Source: Candidatus Uhrbacteria bacterium
GTDB lineage: Bacteria > Patescibacteriota > Patescibacteriia > SG8-24
Assembly (NCBI GenBank): GCA_016929435.1
Contig: JAFGIV010000026.1
Coordinates: forward strand, 30,097-94,096
DNA: 64,000 nt
Direction: 5' to 3'
Part shown: positions 47,597 to 57,779 of the stretch, in pieces
Layout of the letters: each line of letters starts with the position of its first letter
Numbering within the stretch: the first letter of the stretch is position 1
Translations under genes and position numbers: made by a program
Notes under the pieces: model-generated
Told to the model about the DNA's origin: nothing
What the model saw: only the letters and a program-made list of their open reading frames with translations
Database searches by the model: none

Positions 47597-48762
47597 CTTG
47601 CGGAAATGTTCAGCATCGCCTTAACCAAGGGACGGAACTGCTCGTTCCAGTCGAATTCACGGATCACCCGTTCCCGACCGGCCTGCCCCAACCTTTCACC
47701 CAACCCCCGATCGAATACGAACCGACCGATGGCCGACGCCAGTTCGTCCGGACGACCCGGATTTACCAACAGCCCGGTCTCTCCGTGAATGACGGCATCC
47801 GGCACCCCGCCGGATCTGGTTCCGATGACCGGCTTGCCGAAAAGGTTTGCCTCCAGATAGACGATCCCGAATCCCTCGATGTCCGGACCGTTCGACTTGG
47901 GAACCATGACGAACAGGTCAGCGGACGAGTAGGCGGCCGCCAAGTCCTCCGGCGGCAAAACTCCGGCAAAGACCGTCTGTCCGCCTATCCCCCGTTCGTT
48001 GGCCAGCCTTTCCAGGCGTAACCGGTCCGGACCCTCTCCGACCACCAAATACCGGAAACCAACGCCTTTTGAGGCCAGTTTGGATAGGGCAATGATCACG
48101 TCGTCAAAGCCCTTTCGGCGAACCAGTCGTCCGGCGGACATTACCGTAAGGATCCGGTCCGACAGGCCGAACCTCTCCCTCAACCTGGCGACAGCCCCCT
48201 CACTCGGGCGGTAATCCACCGGAAACCCCGATGGGGGGTGAATAATCATGGTTTTGGACCTGTCGGCGCCCAGCGACCCGGCCAAACCAGCCGTCAGTCG
48301 GCTGTTGACAACGACCAAATCGGCACCCCTAAGGACAGCGGATGCCTGACGTCGCTTTAGGCCGCGGGACTTAAGGGCCAAGGCCGCATCCATCCCGTGC
48401 AGGATGACGCAATACGGAATTCCCCTAAGACGCTTCAGGCGCCAGGCCGGCAACCCCATGGGCAAGAGGTGGCTAACGATGACGGCGGGGGGAAACCCTG
48501 CCTTCCGCCCGAAACGCTCCGTGTGGAATATGCCTGAAAACCAACGGGGACGGACCCAATCGGACAGGAGGCTGCGGCGGTATATGGGAATCGGCGACTC
48601 CATATCCGCCTTATGCGTCTCGATCTCCAGTTCCCTGGGCGGTTTCTGGGCCATGACCTGAATCGTTCCTTCAGGGAAACATCCGGCCAGCCGGGAAAGG
48701 TACGTGGCGATGCCGCCTATCTGTGGCGGATATTCCAGGGTCAAGAGCAGGATTGGCGTCAT
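47593..48762 (-). CDS. GT4 glycosyltransferase
   Basis: PPQIGGI, GRLVRRKG and EGFGIVYLEA motifs. Confidence 0.93.
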   Translation of the reverse strand: MTPILLLTLEYPPQIGGIATYLSRLAGCFPEGTIQVMAQKPPRELEIETHKADMESPIPIYRRSLLSDWVRPRWFSGIFHTERFGRKAGFPPAVIVSHLLPMGLPAWRLKRLRGIPYCVILHGMDAALALKSRGLKRRQASAVLRGADLVVVNSRLTAGLAGSLGADRSKTMIIHPPSGFPVDYRPSEGAVARLRERFGLSDRILTVMSAGRLVRRKGFDDVIIALSKLASKGVGFRYLVVGEGPDRLRLERLANERGIGGQTVFAGVLPPEDLAAAYSSADLFVMVPKSNGPDIEGFGIVYLEANLFGKPVIGTRSGGVPDAVIHGETGLLVNPGRPDELASAIGRFVFDRGLGERLGQAGRERVIREFDWNEQFRPLVKAMLNISAR

Positions 48763-50228
48763 ATCGGCAGGTCACTTACCGCTTTTCCGCGGTGCCCAAG
48801 GACAGAGACCAGTGACCTGGCCTCCCTCCAGGTCACTGCCCGAAGGGCCAGGATGGCCGACGGGTAGGCGGCCACGCCGATGGCGACCAGGGCCGGCAGC
48901 GGCAGATGTCCCTCTCCCAAACGCACCAAACCGCCCATCAGAACCGAGGCAGCGACTATTCTCCAGGCGCTGTTCAGTATCCTGAGCGTTTCTACCGGCA
49001 CTACCCGGTATCCGGAAACGGTTAGGGCGGCGAAAAACAGCAGGGCATTACTGGCCACCGAAGCCCAAGCCGCCCCGACTGCCCCCAAATCCGGCAGGAG
49101 TATGGCGTTCAGCGCCACGTTCAGGACCATGGTTGCCCCCATGACGGCCGTATTCTCCCTTTGCCGATCGGCGGCGTTCAGGAGCGAACCGACCGGCCAG
49201 TACAGGAAGGCGAAAACCAGGGAAAAAATCAGGACCTGAAGCGGCCGAATCGCCCCGTCAAAACCCGGACCGTAAATCGTCCGGATGAGCGGTCCGGCCA
49301 GGACGAAAATTCCGGTAACGATCGGGGCCGCAACCAACAGCAGGTATTTCACGGAAGCGGTCAACAGGCCGGGGAGACGGTCCCTTTCCCTGACGCAGGC
49401 GGCGCTCATGGCCGGATACATGGCGGCGGCAAAGGCCATGGCCAGACACTGGAAGGAGAAGGTGATCTTGTACCCCACACCGTAGGACCCGACCGCCGCG
49501 TCGTCCGCCAGCTTGGAAAGCATGATCGAATCGATGTATGAATATACCCGGGCAAAGATTCCGGCCAAGGCGAACGGAATGGTGACGCCCCAGAAAAAAC
49601 GCAGTACCTGCCGATCCCAACTGAAACGCAGGGGCTCAAGGCCAAAATGCCTCTTCAGGTTAACGAATGCCCAAATTCCATTCCAGACGGTATTCAACAG
49701 GAGGGCCACCACCAGCCACGGCAGGGACATCCCCATGAGAACGAACATCCCCCCAAAAGCCAAGGATACCGCCTGACCCACGACAACCCCAACGGCCTCG
49801 TATTTCAGGTTCTGCCGCCCGCGCATCACCCCATACCAAGCCAAATTCAGCGTGTCGACCGACATGACCAGTGAGGCAATCAGGATCATGAGCCTGGTTT
49901 CCCCGGGATAGGCCATGACCCAGGCAATGCCGTTGGTCAGGGCAAAGACGATTCCCGACATGGCGGCCTTTACCCCCATGGCCACGGCCAGGAGCTTTTG
50001 GGCGTCTTCCGGCCGCTTGGCCGTTTCCCGGATAATGACGTTGGACAGTCCCAAATCCAGAAATACGGCAAAAACGGTGGCGAACGAGACGGCCAAAAAA
50101 TACCGGCCAGCCCCCTCCACCCCAAACGACCTGGCCACAATCGCAAAATACACGAAGGCCAACACCTTCTGTCCGATGAAGGCGGTCATCAGGTAAGCGG
50201 TATTCTTGGCGACTTTATGTTCGGACAT
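48759..50228 (-). CDS. Wzx-type polysaccharide flippase
   Basis: VAKNT, DLGL and IDSIML..G.Y motifs; many TMs; start placed at ATG 50228. Confidence 0.9.
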   Translation of the reverse strand: MSEHKVAKNTAYLMTAFIGQKVLAFVYFAIVARSFGVEGAGRYFLAVSFATVFAVFLDLGLSNVIIRETAKRPEDAQKLLAVAMGVKAAMSGIVFALTNGIAWVMAYPGETRLMILIASLVMSVDTLNLAWYGVMRGRQNLKYEAVGVVVGQAVSLAFGGMFVLMGMSLPWLVVALLLNTVWNGIWAFVNLKRHFGLEPLRFSWDRQVLRFFWGVTIPFALAGIFARVYSYIDSIMLSKLADDAAVGSYGVGYKITFSFQCLAMAFAAAMYPAMSAACVRERDRLPGLLTASVKYLLLVAAPIVTGIFVLAGPLIRTIYGPGFDGAIRPLQVLIFSLVFAFLYWPVGSLLNAADRQRENTAVMGATMVLNVALNAILLPDLGAVGAAWASVASNALLFFAALTVSGYRVVPVETLRILNSAWRIVAASVLMGGLVRLGEGHLPLPALVAIGVAAYPSAILALRAVTWREARSLVSVLGHRGKAVSDLPI

Positions 50229-50357
50229 TTGGGGTAGGATACGGGACATCGCTATGTCATGTATTGTAAGGCCTATTTTCCACTCTGGCAATCGGGTATC
50301 CGCAAACAAAGGACCGCCCCGTTTCCGGGACGGCCCTCATGTGCCTGAATCGACGGC

Positions 50358-50870
50358 CTACCGTTTTGCCCACTGCGGGGCGCGACGGGCACGCTTGAGA
50401 CCCGGCTTCTTCCTTTCCTTTTCCCGGGCGTCCCGGGTCAGGAACCCCAGCTTCTTGATGGCCTTGCGGAGCTCCGGATCCAGCTTGATCAGGGCCCGGG
50501 ACAGCCCCATGCGGGCCGCTTCAGACTGTCCCGTCAGGCCACCTCCGGCAATCCGGAAATCGACATCCACCTTACCGTCCAGACCGGCCGATTTCAGGGG
50601 ATCAACCAGGCAGCTGCACTGTTCACTGGTCACGAAATACTGGTCATGTTTCTTCCCGTTGACCGTCAGCTCCCCTTTTCCGGACGGATACAGGCGGGTC
50701 TGGGCCGAAGATCGCTTGCGTCTCCCAAGGGCATAGATGTAATTACCCGGGCGAATCCCGATCTCCGCCTTTTCCTTTACGGACTTTTTCGTTGCCTTTG
50801 GCTTGGGCTCAACCTTCCGGACCGGCTTTTTGGTCTCGTTGGTATCGGCTGTATTGTTCGTAACCGTCAT
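50358..50870 (-). CDS. rpsI: 30S ribosomal protein S9
   Basis: GRRKRS, GGGLTGQ and ERKKPG..RARRAPQWAKR motifs. Confidence 0.97.
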   Translation of the reverse strand: MTVTNNTADTNETKKPVRKVEPKPKATKKSVKEKAEIGIRPGNYIYALGRRKRSSAQTRLYPSGKGELTVNGKKHDQYFVTSEQCSCLVDPLKSAGLDGKVDVDFRIAGGGLTGQSEAARMGLSRALIKLDPELRKAIKKLGFLTRDAREKERKKPGLKRARRAPQWAKR

Positions 50871-50871
50871 A

Positions 50872-51240
50872 TCAGTCCTTGTGTATGATGAGTCTCTTCA
50901 TCCGTCCCTGACGGAGTCGGTTTTCCGGCAGCATGCTCCTGACGGCCCTTCGCAGGGCCTCCCCCGGATCCTTGGCGATCACGTCCTTCAGGGCGGTCTT
51001 CCTCATGCCGCCCGGGTAGCCGCTGTACCGGTAATAAAACTTGCCTTCCAGCTTGTTGCCGGTAACCTTCATCCTGGCCGAATTTCTGATCTCGACAAAA
51101 TCTCCGTGATCAACGTTCGGTTCGTATGTCGGCTTGCTCTTTCCCTGCAGGATGGAGGCCACCTCACTGGCCAACCGGCCAATCGGCCGGTCTGCCCCGT
51201 CGATAACCTTCCTGTCCCTGATGATTTTGGTCTTCGTCAT
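50872..51240 (-). CDS. rplM: 50S ribosomal protein L13 (short)
   Basis: GRLAS, GKSKP, D.GDFV, YSGYPGG and MLP motifs. Confidence 0.95.
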   Translation of the reverse strand: MTKTKIIRDRKVIDGADRPIGRLASEVASILQGKSKPTYEPNVDHGDFVEIRNSARMKVTGNKLEGKFYYRYSGYPGGMRKTALKDVIAKDPGEALRRAVRSMLPENRLRQGRMKRLIIHKD

Positions 51241-51251
51241 AGGAATCGAAT

Positions 51252-51602
51252 TTAGACCAACTCAAGCTGAACCATCACGGCCCCATCCCCCTGTCGCTGA
51301 CCCAACTTGGTTATCCTGGTATAGCCCCCCTGACGATTCTTGTAACGGGGTCCGACTTCCTCAATCAGCTTACGGACGGCGTTTTCGCCGTAGGTCCTGG
51401 AGGACAGGCGACGCCTGTCAGTGACCGTGCCGCCCTTACTGACGGTAATCAGCCGCTCCACGATCGGGCGGACGGCCTTGGCCTTGGCCTCGGTGGTCCG
51501 AACCTTCTCGTATAAGATGACGCTGGTAGCCAAACCCCGCAGCAGCGCCTCTCGCGGCGCCTTTTTCCGGTCTAGAATCTTGCCGGTCTTACGGTGACGC
51601 AT
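51252..51602 (-). CDS. rplQ: 50S ribosomal protein L17
   Basis: MRHRK, TTEAKAK and GGYTRI motifs. Confidence 0.97.
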   Translation of the reverse strand: MRHRKTGKILDRKKAPREALLRGLATSVILYEKVRTTEAKAKAVRPIVERLITVSKGGTVTDRRRLSSRTYGENAVRKLIEEVGPRYKNRQGGYTRITKLGQRQGDGAVMVQLELV

Positions 51603-51651
51603 ACGGGTTCAATCATTTAGATCGATTATCTGTAAATTGATGGAATTGCGA

Positions 51652-52500
51652 CTATTTGGTTTTTTTTGCGGATGACTTGGCTGTCGCGGCCTTTCGTCCC
51701 CGCTTCTTTGGGGCTTCCTCCCCTGCCCCATCCGCCTCATCCGAATCACCAACCGTCGTTTCCTCGTTTTCCGCTGTCCCATCCTCGGACGGGACATCGA
51801 AAGTCCGGGTGCCGCCGCGGGTCAGGACGGAATTGAACTGGTCCAAAAGTATCTGGACAGAACTGTCCACGGCCTCAACCGGGCTGACGGTTCCGTCGGT
51901 CGTGATGTCCATGATCAGGCGGTCGTAATTGGTGATCCGACCGACACGGGTATTCTCCACCCGATACCCCACCTCCTTCACCGGGGAGTACAGGGCATCA
52001 ATGGCAATCAGGCCGAGTTCGGACTTGTCCCGATCGCGTTCCTCGGTAGTGACGTAACCGCGACCGGTCCCGACCACCAACTCCATCTCCAGCTCGCCTT
52101 TCTTGTCGGTAACGGTGGCGATCACCAGATCCGGATTGGTTATCTCGATATCGGAATTCGGCTCGATGTCCGAGGCCCTGACCGGACCCTCACCCTTGGC
52201 CGTAAGCCTGAGGCGAACCGGTTCCGCACTGTGGCAACGGAGACGAAGCTGCTTGAGGTTAAGGATTATGTCCAGAACGTCCTCCTGGACATTCGGGACG
52301 GACATGAACTCGTGCTGAACCCCCTTGATCTTTACGGCCGTCACCGCCGCTCCCGGCAGGGAGGACAGGAGAACCCGCCGCAAGGCATTCCCCAAGGTGG
52401 TGCCGTATCCGTACCAACACGGTTCAATGACCAGGGTGGCGTGACGGTCGTCCTTACCGGGGATGATTTCTATTTTGTCGGGAAGAAGGATGCCTTCCAT
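51652..52500 (-). CDS. rpoA: RNA polymerase alpha subunit (NTD only)
   Basis: GYGTTLGNALRRVLLSS, IDALYSPV and VENTRVG motifs; no alpha-CTD. Confidence 0.95.
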   Translation of the reverse strand: MEGILLPDKIEIIPGKDDRHATLVIEPCWYGYGTTLGNALRRVLLSSLPGAAVTAVKIKGVQHEFMSVPNVQEDVLDIILNLKQLRLRCHSAEPVRLRLTAKGEGPVRASDIEPNSDIEITNPDLVIATVTDKKGELEMELVVGTGRGYVTTEERDRDKSELGLIAIDALYSPVKEVGYRVENTRVGRITNYDRLIMDITTDGTVSPVEAVDSSVQILLDQFNSVLTRGGTRTFDVPSEDGTAENEETTVGDSDEADGAGEEAPKKRGRKAATAKSSAKKTK

Positions 52501-52569
52501 ATTTTTTATGGCGACGGATGCCACTACGGCCGCCGACGCGATAACGTTTCTTATCTCGAATCCATTGAC

Positions 52570-53202
52570 TTATCTCGAATAGAACTCGACGATCAGGGTC
52601 GGGTCAAAATTCCGCTTAAGGTCATCCCCCTGGGGACGGTTAAGGACCTTTCCTGTCCGTTCCTGGGCATCCAAAAGAAGCCATGACGGCGCCTGGTGCC
52701 TAACGAGACGACCAGTCTCCTCTTCCGACAAAATCTTGGACTTCGCCGCCCGATCGGACAGGCTGATCAGGCTACCCGGCTTGACCTGACAGGAGGCAAT
52801 GTTGACCTTCCGTCCATTGACTCGAATAAGGCCGTGACTGACCATCTGCCGGGCCTTCGGGCGGGAAATGGCCAACCCTAACCGATAGACGATGTTGTCA
52901 AGGCGCATCTCCAGCATTTCCACCAGGCGGGCGGCCGTATTGCCGCGGGAACGTTTGGCCTTGTCGAAATAGATGCGGAACTGCCTTTCCTGGACACCGT
53001 AGGTCTCCTTGGCCTTCTGCTTCTCCCGAAGCTGCTTTCCGTAGGACGTCTGGCGGACCCGGGAATTCGGACCGTGGACACCGGGACGGTAGCTGCGCTT
53101 GAGGAAGGGACATTTTGCGGTCGAGCACTTGTCGCCCTTGCGGAAAAGCTTTTCCCCCTCCCGGCGACAGGCCTTGCATTTCGATTCTGTTCTGATTGAC
53201 AT
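52570..53202 (-). CDS. rpsD: 30S ribosomal protein S4
   Basis: CKACRREG, QLREKQK, RLDNIVYR and IVEFYSR motifs. Confidence 0.97.
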   Translation of the reverse strand: MSIRTESKCKACRREGEKLFRKGDKCSTAKCPFLKRSYRPGVHGPNSRVRQTSYGKQLREKQKAKETYGVQERQFRIYFDKAKRSRGNTAARLVEMLEMRLDNIVYRLGLAISRPKARQMVSHGLIRVNGRKVNIASCQVKPGSLISLSDRAAKSKILSEEETGRLVRHQAPSWLLLDAQERTGKVLNRPQGDDLKRNFDPTLIVEFYSR

Positions 53203-53214
53203 AGTCTTTCCGGT

Positions 53215-53733
53215 CTAGATTCGCCGCGGTTTAGGCGGGCGGCAACCGTTATGGGGAATCGGGGTAACGTCCTTGATGGCCATGACGCTGATCCCGTTGG
53301 CGTGCAGGGCCCGGACCGCCGCCTCCCGCCCGGAACCGATACCGCTGACAAAGGCGTTAACCTCCCGCAATCCGGTCGGACGGACCTTATCAACCGCATC
53401 CTTGACGATCATGCCGGCCGCATAGGGAGTGGATTTTTTAGGGCCCTTGAATCCCACCGCCCCGGCGCTGGACCAGGACAGGACATTGCCGTTCTGGTCG
53501 GTCAGGGTAACGATGGTGTTGTTGTAGGTGGCGTGGACATAGACCCGTCCAACGGACACCTGTCGGACGCTCTTGCCCTTTTTTCCCCGACCCTTGGTTC
53601 CGGCGGAACGGGCTCCCGGCTTCTTGGCCGCAACGGCCGCCGGTTTTGGGGCTTTTTCCGAAACAGCGGATTCCCCGCCGCCTACGGTCATCTCCTTATC
53701 CTTATCCTTATCCTTGTCGCTCTCGTTTGCCAT
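53215..53733 (-). CDS. rpsK: 30S ribosomal protein S11
   Basis: TYNNTIV, KSTPYAA and PHNGCRPPK motifs. Confidence 0.97.
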   Translation of the reverse strand: MANESDKDKDKDKEMTVGGGESAVSEKAPKPAAVAAKKPGARSAGTKGRGKKGKSVRQVSVGRVYVHATYNNTIVTLTDQNGNVLSWSSAGAVGFKGPKKSTPYAAGMIVKDAVDKVRPTGLREVNAFVSGIGSGREAAVRALHANGISVMAIKDVTPIPHNGCRPPKPRRI

Positions 53734-53734
53734 A

Positions 53735-54118
53735 TTAGGTCTTGGTCAGCTTGGTGCGCCCGGACCCCATGGTTCGTCGAACGTTGCCGCGAACGGTCCG
53801 GGAGTTTGTCTTTGTCCTCTGGCCGCGCGACGGCAAGCCCCGGGCGTGGCGATACCCGCGATAGGAATTGATCTCCTTCAGACGCTTGACGTTGGCCTGA
53901 ATGTCGCGACGAAGTTCCCCCTCGATGCGGTAGTTCTTTTCTATCTCTTCCCTAAGGGAGTTGACTTCGGCTGCCGAGAGGTCATTGGATTTGGTGTCCT
54001 TGCCTATTCCGACCTTATCCAGGATTTTGTTGGCGCGGGCGCGCCCGATCCCGTGGACGTAGGTCAAAGCGATCTCAATGCGCTTGTTGGGCAAGTTGAT
54101 GCCTGCGATACGAGCCAT
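53735..54118 (-). CDS. rpsM: 30S ribosomal protein S13
   Basis: MARIAG and YRG.RH..GLP.RGQRT motifs. Confidence 0.97.
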   Translation of the reverse strand: MARIAGINLPNKRIEIALTYVHGIGRARANKILDKVGIGKDTKSNDLSAAEVNSLREEIEKNYRIEGELRRDIQANVKRLKEINSYRGYRHARGLPSRGQRTKTNSRTVRGNVRRTMGSGRTKLTKT

Positions 54119-54123
54119 AGTCT

Positions 54124-54237
54124 TTAGCCTTGACGCTGCTTATGCTTGGGATTGCTGCAGATCACGCGCACGCGATTGAAACGCCGCACGACCTTGCAGT
54201 TCCGGCAGATTTTCTTTACGGAAGCCCTGACTTTCAT
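54124..54237 (-). CDS. rpmJ: 50S ribosomal protein L36
   Basis: [37 protein letters not shown]; read manually. Confidence 0.97.
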   Translation of the reverse strand: MKVRASVKKICRNCKVVRRFNRVRVICSNPKHKQRQG

Positions 54238-54376
54238 GTTATTCGACGGACGCCGGGCGGGCGCCTGATTACTGCTTAGTTTATTTCCTTGCCGTCATTG
54301 GGCTGACGGCAGCGGGCAACAACCGGGGGGATTTGTCCGCTACCCAAGCCCATGGAAGGCATCTGACGCGATTCAG

Positions 54377-54673
54377 TCAGTAACGATACACGATTCGGCC
54401 CTTGGTCAGGTCATAGGGGGTCAACTCCACCTTAATCTCATCCCCTGGAAGCAGCCGAATCCTGTTCATCCGCATCCGACCGGACAGGTGTCCTATGATC
54501 TCCTGACCGTTCTCCAGCTTGATGCGGAAACTTGTGGCCGGAAGGCATTCCTGGACCACCCCGCCGATCTCAATTACCGTCTTGGAGGCGTCTTCGACCA
54601 CCGGTGCGGTTTCGGTCTTGTGTTTTTTCTTCTTGTTGTGGGTCCAAACCTTGTTTCGGTACCGTGCGACCAT
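54377..54673 (-). CDS. infA: Translation initiation factor IF-1
   Basis: [29 protein letters not shown]. Confidence 0.95.
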   Translation of the reverse strand: MVARYRNKVWTHNKKKKHKTETAPVVEDASKTVIEIGGVVQECLPATSFRIKLENGQEIIGHLSGRMRMNRIRLLPGDEIKVELTPYDLTKGRIVYRY

Positions 54674-54775
54674 GTGATTGGATGGGTTACTTGGCCTTTA
54701 CAACGCAATAAATACGGCCAAAGCCGATTGCCTTATTTTTAGCGCATATTACCGAACTTGTCAAATCCGCCGGTC

Positions 54776-56659
54776 TCATCCGATTTCCGCCTTAATCCTC
54801 CGAACCCCCGATGATGAGGCTTCCTCCTTTTTTAGGCGAAAACTGCCGATTTCCGCGGTGTTTTTGACATGGGGGCCGGAACAGATCTCACGGGAGAAAT
54901 AGTCGTCGTCCGACCGACCGATCGTATAGACCTTCACCTGGTTGCCCAATTCGGCATACTTATCCGCAAACAGCCCGATGGCCCCGCTGGCCCTGGCCTC
55001 ATCAACGTCCATCATCCGAAAGCTGACCGGCAGACCGGCCTGAATCTGCCCGTTCACCAGGTCCTCCACCCTTTTTTTCTGCTCCTCGGTCATCTTTTCG
55101 GGGTGGGAGAAATCGAACCGCAACCGTTCGGCCGTGATGTTCGACCCCTTCTGTTCGACATGGTTTCCCAAAACCTGCCGCAGGGCCTGGTGCAGGAGAT
55201 GCGTGGCCGTATGCAGCCTGATCACCCGTTCGGAATGGTCGGCCAGCCCGCTGCCGAACTTCCGATCCGCCCCGGCCCGCGATGTCTCTTGGTGCCGCCT
55301 CATCTCCGCATCCCATTCCTCTCTATTCACTTTCCGTCCCGTAACCTCCTCCGTCATTTCCATCGGGAAACCGAAAGATTCGTAATAATAGAACGCGTCT
55401 CGGCCGGAAATTTCGCCTTCAACTTTCAGAAACTCGTAAAGGCCGTATTTCCTGCCTATTTCTTTCAGTCCCCTTTCCAGCGTTTGGGCGAACTTTTCCT
55501 CTTCGGCCTTCAGTCCATTCAGAATCCGGCTGCTGTTGACCTCCAGCTCCGGATATTGCGACGAATACGATTCAATGACCGTCTCTGCCAAACCCCCGAG
55601 AAAACCGCCTGAAATGCCTATTTTCTTCCCATACTGCACGGCCCGACGGATAAGCCGGCGCACGACATAGCCTTGCTCAACATTGGACGGCATCACCCCG
55701 CGCTGATCGCCCATGATGAAAGTCGCGGCACGGATGTGGTCAGAGATAATCCTCATGGCGCGCTGCGTATGGTTGTTGGGAAGAGATGATCTCGGAAAAT
55801 CATTACCATACGACTTGCCGGAAAACTCTTCGATTTTTTCAATGATGGGACTGAACAAGTCGGTCTCAAAAACGGTTTTGGCACCCTGCATCACCATGGC
55901 AATCCTCTCCAATCCCATGCCGGTATCGACATTTCGCTGCTTCAGTGGCTCAAAGCGTCCGTCAGCGGTCTTACCGTATTGCATGAAGACGTTGTTCCAT
56001 ATCTCGACGTAACGGCCGCAGGAACAGGACGGTTGACAGTCCCCTTCCCGGAGACCGTCGCCCAAATGCCTTTTCGGATCGTCGTATCCGGCGATGTCGT
56101 AATAAATCTCCGTATCCGGTCCGCAGGGGCCGGTCTGGCCTGCCGGGCCCCACCAGTTGTCCTTCTTGCCGTAAGGAAAGATTCGTTCGTTGATTTTTGC
56201 CTCGATTCCGGACCGGGCAAACTGTTCGGACCAAATCTTGATGGCCTCCCCGTCTTGGGGGGCATCAGCGTCACCGGCAAAGACGGTAACGCGTATCCTC
56301 TTCGGATCCAAGCCAAGCCATTTCTCGTCGGTCAGAAACTCCCAGCTCCAGGCGATCGCCTCCTTCTTGAAATAATCCCCCAAAGACCAGTTGCCGAGCA
56401 TCTCGAAAAAGGTCAGGTGGCGGTTGTCCCCGACATCGTCTATGTCCCCGGTCCGAATGCATTTCTGGACACCGGTCAGGCGATTTCCTGACGGGTGCGG
56501 CTCACCCAAAAGATACGGCACGAGCGAATGCATGCCGGCGGTCGTGAACAGCACGGTCGGGTCGTTTTCCGGAATCAAAGAAGCGGAGGGAATCTCGATA
56601 TGGCCTTTCGAGACGAAAAACTCGACGTATTTTTTCCGAATTTCTGATGAGGTAATCAT
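54776..56659 (-). CDS. alaS: Alanine--tRNA ligase (short, no C-Ala domain)
   Basis: LFTTAGM, HLTFFEMLGNWS, DTGMGLER, HTATHLL and CSGPHV motifs. Confidence 0.96.
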   Translation of the reverse strand: MITSSEIRKKYVEFFVSKGHIEIPSASLIPENDPTVLFTTAGMHSLVPYLLGEPHPSGNRLTGVQKCIRTGDIDDVGDNRHLTFFEMLGNWSLGDYFKKEAIAWSWEFLTDEKWLGLDPKRIRVTVFAGDADAPQDGEAIKIWSEQFARSGIEAKINERIFPYGKKDNWWGPAGQTGPCGPDTEIYYDIAGYDDPKRHLGDGLREGDCQPSCSCGRYVEIWNNVFMQYGKTADGRFEPLKQRNVDTGMGLERIAMVMQGAKTVFETDLFSPIIEKIEEFSGKSYGNDFPRSSLPNNHTQRAMRIISDHIRAATFIMGDQRGVMPSNVEQGYVVRRLIRRAVQYGKKIGISGGFLGGLAETVIESYSSQYPELEVNSSRILNGLKAEEEKFAQTLERGLKEIGRKYGLYEFLKVEGEISGRDAFYYYESFGFPMEMTEEVTGRKVNREEWDAEMRRHQETSRAGADRKFGSGLADHSERVIRLHTATHLLHQALRQVLGNHVEQKGSNITAERLRFDFSHPEKMTEEQKKRVEDLVNGQIQAGLPVSFRMMDVDEARASGAIGLFADKYAELGNQVKVYTIGRSDDDYFSREICSGPHVKNTAEIGSFRLKKEEASSSGVRRIKAEIG

Positions 56660-56693
56660 AGTGCCGAAAGGATTCCGGCGGACTGAACGTTGT

Positions 56694-57335
56694 CTATTTG
56701 CACAGCCCGGTCTGATTGCCGAAACAGCGCCAGGCCGAATCCGAATCGTTCAGGATAACCGTGAAGTTCGGCTCAAAATAGCGGATTGTCTCCTCGATCT
56801 GGGCCCTGATCCGCGGATCATCGCAGGTTCCGGCGGACATGACGCTTCCCTCCATCCTTATCTCCACCCCGGCCGAACCGGTGGTATAGGCCCTGTCGGA
56901 AACCTTAAGGGTGGATTCGGCCAGGGAGTTATGGAGTCCGCCGTAGGTGGCGTCGTTCAGGCCAAACAGGGTATTCAGCGCATCGATGACCACCTGTCCC
57001 GAATCGGTCAGGCGACTGACCTTGATGAAGGCGACGCGATCGTTACAGCCTATGGTCGGTCCGAGCGTCACGCCGTCAGGCACCGCCGACCCCTCCGTCA
57101 CGATCATGGCAACGGTAACGTAGTTGCTTTCCGCCTCTTCCTCACGGTGCTGGCGGGCCTGCTCGCCGTCAGTCAACCGTACGGCCTGCTCATAGGCACC
57201 GATCGGGATGCCGATCGTCCGGTCGACCGTGGATTGGATGTCCTCGTCAACCTCCCTGATGCAGCCGCCGCCGGTCAGGATTACCGCAATCGCCACGGAA
57301 GGCAGCAGGAAAAAATGTCTTTTGCTCATCGTCAT
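56694..57335 (-). CDS. Putative lipoprotein
   Basis: Signal peptide ending LTGGGC; GC and GTCD Cys pair. Confidence 0.65.
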   Translation of the reverse strand: MTMSKRHFFLLPSVAIAVILTGGGCIREVDEDIQSTVDRTIGIPIGAYEQAVRLTDGEQARQHREEEAESNYVTVAMIVTEGSAVPDGVTLGPTIGCNDRVAFIKVSRLTDSGQVVIDALNTLFGLNDATYGGLHNSLAESTLKVSDRAYTTGSAGVEIRMEGSVMSAGTCDDPRIRAQIEETIRYFEPNFTVILNDSDSAWRCFGNQTGLCK

Positions 57336-57419
57336 ATACGGAATGATAGCGCAAGGGCATGACTTTGGCAACAGAAAACCGGGTCCCGTGACCCGGTATT
57401 AGACCTGACAAGAACGAAC

Positions 57420-57692
57420 TCACTTCCTCTTTTTCCTTGCCGTTCTCCCTGCCACCGCAAACATGTAAAGGGAAGCGACAATTGACAGTCCAGCCACAGA
57501 CCAACAAGACAAAAAGATCTCGAAACGAACTGCGGCATTGGCAATCGCAGCCATAATGGCCGCGAACAGCAGTCCGCACCATGACCAGTATCCGAAACTC
57601 CTTTCCAGTCTCCCCGGATATTGGCTGAGGTATTTCCCCCAAAAAATCGTGGCCGCTACAAAAAAAACCAACGCATTCAACGCATTCACCAT
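57420..57692 (-). CDS. Small 3-TM hypothetical protein
   Basis: Three hydrophobic segments and a basic C-terminus. Confidence 0.55.
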   Translation of the reverse strand: MVNALNALVFFVAATIFWGKYLSQYPGRLERSFGYWSWCGLLFAAIMAAIANAAVRFEIFLSCWSVAGLSIVASLYMFAVAGRTARKKRK

Positions 57693-57779
57693 TTTACTTC
57701 CCCCTTTTCTTTCTTTTCTCTCTTTGGTTTTCGGGAAACACGGCTAAAGGATAGCGCATTCTTGACGAACGGTCAAGAC

